Notes: generated by a model from the sequence alone, not told the origin. DNA of 32,000 nucleotides from an uncultured Opitutales bacterium (GCA_934613415.1 CAKTSY010000003.1:90001-122000), one strand, 5' to 3'. Numbered from the stretch's first letter, positions 1 through 8,723 are shown. Translations and numbers: made by a program.

Positions 1-2
1 AA

Positions 3-224
3 GTGCAAGACTTTATACCCCTTGCAATGACAATGGGCAGCGCAATGTATTGCTCGGAAATTGACGAAAACGGCAATCCCATTTTGGTAAACAAAGGTCT
101 TGCCCAACGGCGCGAACAGCGCAATATGCTAAAAAGGGAACATACAAACACGCCCGTGCACAAAAGCAAAATTTTTGCAAAACCCAATAAAAACAAATTC
201 GGCAAAAAGCATTTTAAAAAATAG
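3..224 (+). CDS. 3' end of an unidentified CDS entering from the left edge (73 aa, Lys-rich tail)
   Basis: The reading frame is open to the window edge and ends at TAG 222-224. A strong hairpin terminator follows about 20 nt downstream. No motif recognised. Confidence 0.45.
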   Translation: MQDFIPLAMTMGSAMYCSEIDENGNPILVNKGLAQRREQRNMLKREHTNTPVHKSKIFAKPNKNKFGKKHFKK

Positions 225-245
225 TTTTAGCCAAAACAAAGATAC

Positions 246-284
246 AAAAAAGCCGCCAAAACTATGCGAATTGGCGGCTTTTTT
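246..284. terminator. Bidirectional intrinsic terminator between convergent genes
   Basis: Stem AGCCGCCAA (251-259) pairs with TTGGCGGCT (271-279) around an 11-nt loop. It is flanked by an A-run (246-250) and a T-run (280-284), and sits between the + CDS ending at 224 and the - porin ending at 310. Confidence 0.8.
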
Positions 285-309
285 ATTGTCCTAAAATTTC
301 CGTATTTTT

Positions 310-1566
310 TTAGAACATTGTCTGTATTTGCATTCTAAAAGTGTTCGCGTAGGCGTCTTGCCCCGAATTAGAACCCATAAATTGCGAATATTCGTAGCCC
401 GCCGAAACCTTAAGCGAATTGTCGCCCGAAACATACCAGTTTGCGCCAAAATAAAAGCCACGCGCCCTGTCGAATGCAATGCCAAGCCCCGCCTTTCTTA
501 AGCCGTCAGAGGGCGAAACGCCGCGGCCGTTTGTGTCTAAATATGTAAACCTAAACACGGGGGCAATTTTCCCGAATTGGCCGGCCTCGAACTTCTTTTC
601 TACGCAAAAGTTCATACCCATAGGAGTTTCAACTCCGTAAGAAGAATCCATTCTTTTGCCGCAATCGCTATGCGACATTAAAAATTCGGTCAATACACGA
701 ACGCCCTTGTAGTCGAATCTTAAATAGGGGTTTACGCCGAAAATAGCGGCGGTGTTGTCTATTGCGGTTTTGTCGGCGTCGTTGCCGTACATTACGTTTG
801 TTCCCAGTGTGATTTTTGCGTTTTCGAAGGGAGCAAAGTCGTACGAAACGCCGCCGAATACATCGGGCGAATTGTGGTCTTTTAAAAGACTTGCCTCGCC
901 GCCAAGCTTGTAGTTTTCCGAATTTGTAACCGCGCAAAAATAGTGCAAGCCCTTAACTTGGCGAACATCGCCATACCAAAAAAGCCCAGTCATAAAAGAG
1001 CCCTGCCCCAACTTGCGGGCATTTCTGGCACCGCACCAGTAGTTGGTTGCAATCGAACGCTCTATCGCATACAAGTTGAACGAAGACGTTACTTCTTCCA
1101 TGCCAAAGTCGGGCTTTAGGTAGCCGAACCTTAGCTGCCCTTTTATATAGTCGGTATCTATGTTTTTATACAGGTAGCTAATCGAAACTTTGTTGTCGAA
1201 AATAAAGTCGAACGAAAGTTTTGCGCCATACGACTTGCTTGGGTCGGTCGCCAAACCGAAAATAACCCTGCGCATCATAAATGTGTTTTTAGAGGTTGCA
1301 AAGCTGTCGCTGTCGCCGTTTGTGGTTAAATATGCATACTGCATCTGAAAACGCGCATATATGCTTATTGTGTTGTCGTTGTAGGGCGTACTTACGGGAG
1401 CGTCTATTGCCGCCGAAAGTTTTTTTACCTCCAATGCCTCGTCGGCACTCAGCATTCCCTTGTTTACAAGAGTCTCCAGCATTTTTGTGTTGCACTCGCC
1501 GGCAAACGCAAAAAAGCCCGCAAATAAAAACGCGACAACAGCCGCAAAAAATTTATGTAGTTTCAT
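310..1566 (-). CDS. Outer-membrane beta-barrel porin (phosphate-selective porin O/P-like)
   Basis: Starting at the internal ATG (1564-1566) gives a Sec signal peptide, MKLHKFFAAVVAFLFAGFFAFA. The mature part is rich in Gly, Tyr and Phe with an alternating pattern. The C-terminus ...QIQTMF ends in Phe, as in OM beta-barrels. The ORF-track start at 1590 adds 8 unlikely residues. Confidence 0.6.
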   Translation of the reverse strand: MKLHKFFAAVVAFLFAGFFAFAGECNTKMLETLVNKGMLSADEALEVKKLSAAIDAPVSTPYNDNTISIYARFQMQYAYLTTNGDSDSFATSKNTFMMRRVIFGLATDPSKSYGAKLSFDFIFDNKVSISYLYKNIDTDYIKGQLRFGYLKPDFGMEEVTSSFNLYAIERSIATNYWCGARNARKLGQGSFMTGLFWYGDVRQVKGLHYFCAVTNSENYKLGGEASLLKDHNSPDVFGGVSYDFAPFENAKITLGTNVMYGNDADKTAIDNTAAIFGVNPYLRFDYKGVRVLTEFLMSHSDCGKRMDSSYGVETPMGMNFCVEKKFEAGQFGKIAPVFRFTYLDTNGRGVSPSDGLRKAGLGIAFDRARGFYFGANWYVSGDNSLKVSAGYEYSQFMGSNSGQDAYANTFRMQIQTMF

Positions 1567-1668
1567 ATGTCTATACGTGTGGCAAACCAAATACTTTGTC
1601 TTTTAAGGGGCAAATAATTTCGCATATACTAACCAAAGGCAAGCTTATTTAACGCCCAGATAAAACGA

Positions 1669-2223
1669 TTGACACAAAATACAGACTACGAATTTTACGA
1701 CAAAAACTGGGGCGATATGCTTTTTATTGCAATGGAATTTTCGCCCAGAGACGAAGTTTTAGAATGGGCAAACAAACTGTGCGCTTCAAAAAAATTTAAG
1801 AATCACAAAATTTTTGTGATAACGCACTCTATTTTGGAAAACGACGGCTCTTTTAGGAAAGACAACTACCCCTTTGCCCCCAACGACGGCAAGGCGGTAT
1901 TCGAAAAACTGCTAAAAAAGCACAGCAACATAAAGCTGGCAATTTGCGGACACACCTGCACAGAAAGCGTAATGGCGGCCTTCAGGAAAGAGAAGAAAGA
2001 CAACGGCAAGACTTTGCCCATAATGATGTTTAACCCGCAATTCATTTCGGGTGCTTTGGGCGGCAACGGCGGCGACGGCTGGCTTAGAATTTTGGAATTT
2101 AAGCCCGACGGCAAAACGATTTCGGTTCGCACCTACTCGCCCGTATTTGCCTTCTCGCAAAAAACCGAACACCTTTCCTGGGAAAAATCCCCCGAACACC
2201 AGTTCGATATTGTTATAGAATAA
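1669..2223 (+). pseudogene. 5'-truncated calcineurin-like metallophosphoesterase remnant
   Basis: Only the C-terminal motifs are present: VITHS (motif IV) and ICGHTC (motif V, with the last His replaced by Cys). The N-terminal DxH, GDxxD and GNH(D/E) motifs are missing. The frame is closed by TAA at 1630-1632, only 12 codons upstream. The first usable start is a TTG, and the porin promoter region lies directly upstream. Confidence 0.55.
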
Positions 2224-2388
2224 CATCTCCCATTTTACATTTTGGTAGAAATCTACCTTTTTATAAAATGGAAATTTTTATAAACTCGGTTGGCGTGTTC
2301 CCATTTTTAGGGGGTTATTCTGTCATAAAATAATCTAGGTGCGCGTAAAAACAGGGCAATCAAGCGCGCAATGGTTTAAACACAAAGA

Positions 2389-2419
2389 CGGCGGGCAATT
2401 TTAACCCGCCGATTTTTTT
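2389..2419. terminator. Intrinsic terminator shared by convergent genes
   Basis: Stem CGGCGGG (2389-2395) pairs with CCCGCCG (2405-2411) around a 9-nt loop, followed by ATTTTTTT on the + strand. On the - strand the stem is followed by TCTTTGTGTTT, downstream of the epimerase stop (2444). Confidence 0.7.
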
Positions 2420-2443
2420 GCTTTTGCAAATTATATTCAGCAA

Positions 2444-3361
2444 TTAACCAAAGCTTACTTCGGTTACAAACGACTGCGATTTGTTCGGCTGCACATAGTG
2501 CACGCCCCCGTTTTCCATCGCATTGGGCAAGCCCATCCACGGCTCTACGCAATAGTAGGGTTTGTCTAAACTTTCGCACCAGCTTACAACGCTTGCAAAC
2601 TTGTCTAGCTTAACCGAGCCAGAAGTTTTTAAAACAATATCCTCTTCGCCGTTTTTGGGGCCAAGTTTTACTTCGTCGCTTTTAAGGTTAAAGTGAATTC
2701 TGTTTATGGCGGTTTCGTCGCCGGCGTCAAAGTTCTTGAAAGCTGTTGTTTTTTCCAGCGAGCCGTCTTGCTTGTGGTAGCAAGCCTTTTTGCAGTCTAT
2801 AAGCACCCTGTAGTCGCTCTTTTTAAGGTCGTTATGCCACGGCAACCTAAAGAAAAAGTGGTTGCCCGCGCTCCACGGAATTTCCACAACATCTTTATTT
2901 ACAAGCATCAATTCTACAGCAAAGCCCAGCTGCGAAAATCTGTATTTCACATAAAATTCGTATTTATACGGATACATACTTTGCGTAGAAGGGTTTTGTA
3001 TAAGCTTTGCCGAAAAGCCGAAATCGTTAATGTCTACAATTTCGAAATCGCTTTGGCGCGCAAAACCGTGTTGCGGCATTGGCAAAACCTGCCCTTGCGG
3101 GGTTTTCCATTCGCCCGTTTTGCCGTCTACACTGCTGCGTCCGCAAAATGGGAACAATATGGGATTGCCGCCATATACATAGGGGAACCCCTCGCCCATT
3201 GGAGCGTCTTCGGGCCAATAGATTACATCGCGCACGTCGCCCAATGCCATAGATATGTTCCAATTCATAAGCCTTGCGCCTGCGGTGGGGTTTACTATGA
3301 AAGTTGAAGCCCCTATAACCCACTTATATAATTTTAATCCGTTAAAATCGACAATCTCCAT
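2444..3361 (-). CDS. Aldose 1-epimerase (galactose mutarotase-like) family protein
   Basis: Family-typical motifs GNPILFPFCGR, HGFAR, AGNHFFF and CVEPW occur in the expected order. Length is 305 aa. Confidence 0.75.
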   Translation of the reverse strand: MEIVDFNGLKLYKWVIGASTFIVNPTAGARLMNWNISMALGDVRDVIYWPEDAPMGEGFPYVYGGNPILFPFCGRSSVDGKTGEWKTPQGQVLPMPQHGFARQSDFEIVDINDFGFSAKLIQNPSTQSMYPYKYEFYVKYRFSQLGFAVELMLVNKDVVEIPWSAGNHFFFRLPWHNDLKKSDYRVLIDCKKACYHKQDGSLEKTTAFKNFDAGDETAINRIHFNLKSDEVKLGPKNGEEDIVLKTSGSVKLDKFASVVSWCESLDKPYYCVEPWMGLPNAMENGGVHYVQPNKSQSFVTEVSFG

Positions 3362-3414
3362 TCTATAAATTCAGACACAAAGCTATTGTAAAATCAAGTT
3401 TATCCATAAAAAAC

Positions 3415-3443
3415 TTGCATTAAAAAAAATATGGACAAATATT
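3415..3443 (+). promoter_or_regulatory. Putative sigma70-type promoter of rnpB
   Basis: TTGCAT (3415-3420), a 17-nt spacer, then AATATT (3438-3443). The predicted start lies about 7-9 nt downstream, coinciding with the 5' end of the P1 stem at about 3452. Confidence 0.4.
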
Positions 3444-3451
3444 CTTAACAA

Positions 3452-3838
3452 TCGCAGGCGGACGTCCGCTTAGGGCTCTTTGCCCCGAGAGGAAAGTCCA
3501 GACACCGCAGAGCGGGAATCCGTCGTAAAAAACGGGCTCGAAACGGCAAACGTTTCGGGATAGACAGTGCCACAGAAAACATACCGCGGAAACGCAAGGG
3601 TGAAAAGGCGGGGTAAGAGCCCACCGTTTTGCAGGGCAACCTGCAAATGCAAGGCAAACCTATTCCGGTGCAAGACAAAGTAAGGGGCTTGGGCTGCTCG
3701 TCCACATGGGCCTCGGGTATGTCGCGTCTCCCCTAAAAAGGAGGGCGCACCCCCCGCAAAGGGAGTGCGCAGATAAATGGGCGTACATTGCGGCAAAACG
3801 CGCCGCATGGACAGAATCTGGCTTACAGCCTGCGACCG
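3452..3838 (+). ncRNA. rnpB: RNase P RNA, bacterial type A
   Basis: The universally conserved P4 halves GAGGAAAGTCCAGAC (near 3489-3503) and ACAGAATCTGGCTTACAG (3811-3828) are present, as are ACAGAAAACATACCGC and GGGTAAGAGCCCACC. The P1 stem pairs TCGCAGGC (3452-3459) with GCCTGCGA (3828-3835). The ORFs called across this region are artefacts. Confidence 0.92.
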
Positions 3839-3844
3839 CTATTT

Positions 3845-5305
3845 TTATTTCTTCTTTTTCGGGAAAAGCTTTTCGCGCGCAAACTGTATTTCGGCGGCGT
3901 TTAGCGCGTCAACGTCGAAATATTCGTCGAACAACGCTCTGCGCCTTTCGATATTTCTTTCCTGACCTAGGCATTTTATAGCCGAGCGCAGGGCAGCCTT
4001 TCTTACAACAGGGTCGGCGCCCAACATTTTAAACATTTTGCCTACGCCGTATATTGTAAGGTGGTGGTTAAATACGTTTGTAAGTTTAGAATTTTTTGCT
4101 CCTTCTTTTGTAAGGAACATTTTAAACAATTTTTCGTTCGCGGAAACGTCGCCCCTTGTTACGGCACAACTTAAATACGGCAAAAATCCGTCTTTTTCGA
4201 AAGCTGCCATAAGCTTTTGGTTTATGCACTGCAGCGAATTTCTTTCCAACGCATATTGGGCGGCTCTGGCTACGGTGGCGTCTTTCGACTTTGCCAAGCC
4301 AAGCAAAATATCTACCATTTCGGGAGTGCAAACAAACTCGCAAGCATATATAGCCTCCAAAGACTTTACGTCGGCAGAGTCTTTTAATTCGCCCTTTATT
4401 ATGTCGACAAAAGCTGCATCTTTAGAAAGCCCGAAAGACCTTAGCGCAACAGCTTTGCCCACATCGCTTAGCGAAGGATACGCCTTTAGCAATTCCGTTG
4501 AATTTGCGTAGGTGCGCCCCTCGTTTGCCAAGCGCGCGGCAGTTCTAGAATTGCGGGTTTCCTGCGCCATAATTTTGTCGAGATACGCCATTCTTTTTTC
4601 GCCCGAAATTTCGGATTTAACTTTTATTGCGGGGCAAAAATCTTCGGGAACAAAGCTTAAGGCAAGCTCGGCAAACTTTTTATTGTTGGCTTTAAACATA
4701 AATTCGGCCTGCTTGGTTAACGCCAAATTTCTTGCAAAAAGCAAAGTTTCGTTTTTGGGCAAAAATTTGCCGAGCAAAACAACGGCAGCCTCGCTGGGAA
4801 TATCGCCCAAAGCCCTTAAGGCACTAAGGGCTACCACAGAATCTTTGTCGTACATAAAATACGAAATTTTTGCCACGGCATTTTCGACACGGTTTGCGCC
4901 CAACGCCCCCACTATGCCGCATTTCGAAACATTGTCGGCTTCGAATAAAGCGTCTAAAAGAGCCGTGTTTGCAGCATTTGTGTTAAGCGATTTTAAAACA
5001 TCTACCGCGCTTGCCGAATAGTTTTTGTCGGTTAAATATTTTTTTAAAATGCTAACCGACTTGTCTGAAGCGCAATTTTTTAGCGGTATGCACAAATATC
5101 TGAACGCTTCGGGCGTTACGGATTTTTGCGATGCGATTTCCAAAAGCAGAGCCTCGGTTTTTGCCGATTTTTTGAAGCTGTCGGCAACGCTTAAGTGGTA
5201 CCATGCCAGCGAGTCGCCGCTTTTATATTCCGCGCATTTTTGCGCATCGAACGCAAAAAGAGACGCAACCGAAAAAAGACCCAGTGCAAAAACAATCTTT
5301 TTCAT
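3845..5305 (-). CDS. Secreted HEAT/armadillo-like alpha-helical repeat protein
   Basis: The start is set at the internal ATG (5303-5305), which is preceded by AGGAGG (reverse complement of 5311-5320). This gives the signal peptide MKKIVFALGLFSVASLFA. HEAT (PBS-lyase type)-like segments recur: VVALSALRALGDIPSEAAV, CGIVGALGANRVENAV, ATVARAAQYALER and VVRKAALRSAIKCLG. The protein ends in a KKKK tail. The ORF-track start at 5386 would overlap the upstream gene. Confidence 0.65.
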   Translation of the reverse strand: MKKIVFALGLFSVASLFAFDAQKCAEYKSGDSLAWYHLSVADSFKKSAKTEALLLEIASQKSVTPEAFRYLCIPLKNCASDKSVSILKKYLTDKNYSASAVDVLKSLNTNAANTALLDALFEADNVSKCGIVGALGANRVENAVAKISYFMYDKDSVVALSALRALGDIPSEAAVVLLGKFLPKNETLLFARNLALTKQAEFMFKANNKKFAELALSFVPEDFCPAIKVKSEISGEKRMAYLDKIMAQETRNSRTAARLANEGRTYANSTELLKAYPSLSDVGKAVALRSFGLSKDAAFVDIIKGELKDSADVKSLEAIYACEFVCTPEMVDILLGLAKSKDATVARAAQYALERNSLQCINQKLMAAFEKDGFLPYLSCAVTRGDVSANEKLFKMFLTKEGAKNSKLTNVFNHHLTIYGVGKMFKMLGADPVVRKAALRSAIKCLGQERNIERRRALFDEYFDVDALNAAEIQFAREKLFPKKKK

Positions 5306-5327
5306 ATAAAAATTCCTCCTTCTTAAT

Positions 5328-6635
5328 TTAAGACAACTGCCAATTACCGTAGTAGGCTCTAGAGCACAATTTTTGGGCACTTGCATCGCCTATAACCTTT
5401 TCGGTTTTCCAGTCCCATTTAATGGTTCTGCCCGTACGATACGCTATTTCGGAAAGCAAGCACGCCGAATTTGTGCGGTGCGCAATCTCTATATCGGTAG
5501 AGCACGCGCGGCGGTCTATAACGCTGTCTATAAAGTTGCGCCAGTGGTCTTTATCGCTTCCGTACAGCCTAATGCCGTCGGTGGGAACTTTCATATCGGT
5601 TAAAATTGCGGGAGTCGAATCCATTCTCGAGCGCGAGATGGAAATCTTGCCCTTTTCGCCGTAGAAACATACCCCCGGTTCTTTCGACGACGCGCTTACG
5701 TCGAAAACTTCGCCGTTTTCGTATTCAAGCAAAACCCTGAATTCTATGGGTTGGTCGTAAAAGCCATCTTTGGGCCAAACGGTTGAAACGGGTTTTATTT
5801 TTGCCGGGCCTTGTTCGTTATAGCCCAATGCCCAGTGTGCAATGTCTATGTGGTGCGCGCCCCAGTCGGCAATTTTGCCCGCGCTGTATGCCGAAATAAA
5901 CCTCCAAGTTGTAAAGGCTTTAAAGGTATGGTAGTCGCTCCTAAAAGCAGGGCCCTGCCACAAGTCCCAATTAAGGCCTTCGGGGACGGGTTGGGCGGAC
6001 AACGCCTCTATTGCCGCATTTTTAGGCAAAGTAATTTCAACCTTGTGCACTTTGCCCAAAACGCCGTTGCGTATAAGTTCGGCAACATATCTAAATTTAG
6101 GCAAAGACCTTTGCCACGAACCCGTCTGCCAAATTATGCCGTTGCGTTTTACAGCTTCGCACAGGGCTCTGCCCTCTTCTATGGTTCTAGTTAGCGGCTT
6201 TTCGCCGAAAACATCTTTGCCCGCGTTTGCACAGTCTATATAGGCAATGGCGTGCCAATGGTCGGGCAGCGACACGCTTACGGCGTCTATGTCGCCTTGT
6301 GCTAATAGCTCTCTATAGTCTTCGTAGACGGGAACGTTTAGGTTGTTTCGCTGTTTAAATACTTCGGCACCCTTTGTATCGGTATGGTTGTAGCCGTAGG
6401 TGTTTGCCGATTTGCAGACATCGCACAAGGCAACAACTTCTACGCGCTTGTCGCTTAAAAAGTTGCGCGCGTTCATTGTGCCTTGCCCACCCAAGCCTAT
6501 CGCGCCAAGGGCAACCCTGTTGCTAGGCGCAACATAGCCCGATTTGCCCAATGCCGACGACGGTATTATAGTCGGCGCAATCGCCGAAAACGCGGTCAAC
6601 TTTCCTATTTTTCCTAAGAATTGACGTCTTTTCAT
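5328..6635 (-). CDS. TAT-exported Gfo/Idh/MocA family oxidoreductase (GH109-like architecture)
   Basis: Twin-arginine signal MKRRQFLGKIGKLTAFSAIAP...ALG. A Rossmann loop GAIGLGGQG follows. The C-terminal alpha/beta domain is typical of the family. AGGAGG lies 5 nt upstream of the ATG. Confidence 0.8.
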   Translation of the reverse strand: MKRRQFLGKIGKLTAFSAIAPTIIPSSALGKSGYVAPSNRVALGAIGLGGQGTMNARNFLSDKRVEVVALCDVCKSANTYGYNHTDTKGAEVFKQRNNLNVPVYEDYRELLAQGDIDAVSVSLPDHWHAIAYIDCANAGKDVFGEKPLTRTIEEGRALCEAVKRNGIIWQTGSWQRSLPKFRYVAELIRNGVLGKVHKVEITLPKNAAIEALSAQPVPEGLNWDLWQGPAFRSDYHTFKAFTTWRFISAYSAGKIADWGAHHIDIAHWALGYNEQGPAKIKPVSTVWPKDGFYDQPIEFRVLLEYENGEVFDVSASSKEPGVCFYGEKGKISISRSRMDSTPAILTDMKVPTDGIRLYGSDKDHWRNFIDSVIDRRACSTDIEIAHRTNSACLLSEIAYRTGRTIKWDWKTEKVIGDASAQKLCSRAYYGNWQLS

Positions 6636-6681
6636 ATTTCCTCCTACATATAATATACAAAAGCTTTCCTATCAATATTTT

Positions 6682-7884
6682 TTAAACTTCGGGCTTTTCG
6701 CCCAAAATGCCGCACTGCATTCCCCTAAGCTCGGCCAAGCCCATCATTCTTCCTATGTAGGAATAGCCTGGGTTGTCGGGGTAGGGTTTTTCCAAGTCGT
6801 CGGCCATGTCCCTGCCGTGGTCGGGGCGGAACACTATTCTGTCGAGCCCGTCCTTAACGCGGCGTTCCTGCAAAGCCAAAAGGCGTTTTAGAACTTCGTA
6901 CATATTAACAGAGCCGTCCAAATGCCCCGCTTCAAAGAAGCTGCCGTCGGGCATTCTTTGTGTGCTGCGCAAATGCACAACGTGTATTCTGTCGGCAAGG
7001 GCGTCTACCATTTCGTGTATCACGTTCTTGGGGTTTGCGCTAAGCGAGCCCGCGCACAAAGCCACCGTGTTTGCCGGACTTTTTTCGCCCGCAAAAATGT
7101 CTAAAAAGTCTTGCGTGCACGATGCAATTCTGGGCAGGCCAAGCACGGGAATGGGCGGGTCGTCGGGGTGTATTGCCAAAATTGCGCCGTTTTCTTCTGC
7201 AACGGGGGCAGTTTCGTTAAGGAATTTTACAAGGTGTTCCTTAAGTTGGGCTGCGTCTATCTTGGAATACTTTGCAAGCATTGCCCTTACGTCGTCTATG
7301 CTAAGCCCAAACTTGCAGCCCGGGAAAACGTCTATAATGTCGCGCTCGAACTTCTTTTTTTGCTCGTTGTTTAGCGATTCAAAAAAGCTTTTTGCCCTTT
7401 CAAGCTGGTCGGTAGTATAGTTTTCTTCGGCATTGGGGCGTTTAAGCAAATATATTTCGAACGCCGCAAACTGCGAAGGGTCGTACTTTAAGCAGCGCGA
7501 GCCGTCGCCTCTGGCGTCGAAGCGCAAGTCTGTTCTAATCCAGTCGAGCACGGGCATAAAGTTGTAGATAACCTTTTTTACGCCGCTTTTTGCCAAATTT
7601 ACAATGCTTTGCTTGTAGTTTTCCATATGGCGTTTGTAGTCTCCCGTGCGCGTTTTAATGTCTTCGCTAACGGGCAGCGACTCTACAACCGACCACCTAA
7701 GGTTGGCGTCTTCGACTATTTTTTTGAACGAGTTTATTTCGTCGCAAGTCCAAAGTTCGCCGTAGGGAATATGGTGAAGCGATGTAAACAGACTTTCCAC
7801 CCCGGCCTGTTTTATGTAGCTTAAAGGCACCCTGTCTTTGGGGCCATACCACCTAAAACCGTGTTCCAACAAATGTTTGTTCAT
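6682..7884 (-). CDS. uxuA: Mannonate dehydratase
   Basis: Matches remembered E. coli UxuA along its full length (FRWYGP, SLHHIPYGELW, WSVVESLPVSEDIKT, YNFMPVLDWIRTDL, AIHPDDPP, LGLPRI, HLRS, RPDHG, NPGYS). Length is 400 aa. Confidence 0.92.
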   Translation of the reverse strand: MNKHLLEHGFRWYGPKDRVPLSYIKQAGVESLFTSLHHIPYGELWTCDEINSFKKIVEDANLRWSVVESLPVSEDIKTRTGDYKRHMENYKQSIVNLAKSGVKKVIYNFMPVLDWIRTDLRFDARGDGSRCLKYDPSQFAAFEIYLLKRPNAEENYTTDQLERAKSFFESLNNEQKKKFERDIIDVFPGCKFGLSIDDVRAMLAKYSKIDAAQLKEHLVKFLNETAPVAEENGAILAIHPDDPPIPVLGLPRIASCTQDFLDIFAGEKSPANTVALCAGSLSANPKNVIHEMVDALADRIHVVHLRSTQRMPDGSFFEAGHLDGSVNMYEVLKRLLALQERRVKDGLDRIVFRPDHGRDMADDLEKPYPDNPGYSYIGRMMGLAELRGMQCGILGEKPEV

Positions 7885-7890
7885 TTTTAA

Positions 7891-8706
7891 CTATACCCCC
7901 GTAAATGCCGAAAAGCCGCCGTCTACCGCCATAATAGTGCCCGTTACAAAGGCCGAGGCATCGCTTATAAGGTAGTGCACTGTTCCGTTAATTTCGTCGC
8001 ATTTGCCGAACCTGCCGAACGGCGTTTTGTTTATCACCTGCGTGCCCCTTTCGGTATACGAACCGTCGGGGTTTGTAAGCAAAGCCCTGTTTTGTTCGCT
8101 AATGAAAAAGCCGGGAGCAACCGCATTTACGCGCACTTTTTCGCCCGTCTTTTTGGCAAATTCAACCGCAAGCCATCTTGTAAGATTGTTTATGCCGCTT
8201 TTTGCGTTCGAATAGCCCAAAACGCGGGTAAGAGCCTGTTCGGCCGCCATCGACGAAAAGTTTACAATAACGCCCTCTTTCTGTTTTTCGAAGGCTCGGC
8301 CGAACACCAAAATTGGCAACATTGTTCCGCCCAAATTAAGGTCTATAACGGCGCGCCATTGCGCGAAATCCAAGTCGAAAACCGATTTGTCGGGCGGAAT
8401 TACGGCCCCAGGCATATTGCCGCCAGCGCCGTTAATAAGCGCGTCTATGCGGCCGCACTTTGCCATAATTTTGTCGTAGGCAGCCTGCAGGGCGTTTTTG
8501 TCCAGCACGTTTGCCACGCAATAAAAGCAGTCTTTATTGCCGCTTTGCGCCTGCTGCACCGCCTTTTGCAGTTTTTCCTCGTTGCGGCCTATAAACACAA
8601 CTAAAGCTCCCTGCTGCGCCAAATATTGGGCAACGTTGCCAGCCAACACACCGGTAGAGCCTGTTACAACAACCACCTTGTTTTTAATATCAAATAAATT
8701 TTTCAT
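7891..8706 (-). CDS. SDR-family oxidoreductase, probably SDR-type fructuronate reductase (D-mannonate oxidoreductase, UxuB/YjmF-like)
   Basis: Cofactor loop VVVVTGSTGVLAG and catalytic YSNAK (YxxxK). Length is 271 aa. It lies 6 nt upstream of uxuA in the same operon. Confidence 0.7.
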   Translation of the reverse strand: MKNLFDIKNKVVVVTGSTGVLAGNVAQYLAQQGALVVFIGRNEEKLQKAVQQAQSGNKDCFYCVANVLDKNALQAAYDKIMAKCGRIDALINGAGGNMPGAVIPPDKSVFDLDFAQWRAVIDLNLGGTMLPILVFGRAFEKQKEGVIVNFSSMAAEQALTRVLGYSNAKSGINNLTRWLAVEFAKKTGEKVRVNAVAPGFFISEQNRALLTNPDGSYTERGTQVINKTPFGRFGKCDEINGTVHYLISDASAFVTGTIMAVDGGFSAFTGV

Positions 8707-8723
8707 ATAATTGTTTTCCTCTG

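Noticed and set aside
2268-2333. 21-codon ORF (MEIFINSVGVFPFLGGYSVIK) in the 220-bp gap after the phosphoesterase remnant
   Set aside because: It has no Shine-Dalgarno sequence and sits in AT-rich, decaying sequence. Nothing distinguishes it from chance.
2693-3307. Long antisense or alternative-frame ORFs of 130-210 aa (for example 2693-3307 +, 6806-7420 +, 7975-8604 +, 8910-9389 +, 10237-10641 +, 18483-19082 -, 22995-23489 +)
   Set aside because: Each is fully nested in a confidently identified gene on the other strand or in another frame. Their translations are low-complexity and rich in Arg, Cys and Phe with no motifs, and none has an RBS. These are typical shadow ORFs.
3445-3981. Three ORFs (3445-3705 -, 3470-3808 -, 3706-3981 +) overlapping one another
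   Set aside because: They lie on top of the RNase P RNA gene, whose conserved motifs and P1 and P4 pairings explain the region. Their Arg/Pro/Cys-rich translations look like non-coding read-through.
5306-5386. N-terminal extensions in the ORF track (HEAT-like gene to 5386, porin to 1590, uxaC to 12384)
   Set aside because: Internal ATGs give proper signal peptides or the known UxaC N-terminus. One has a clear AGGAGG, and the 5386 start would overlap the upstream gene by 59 nt.
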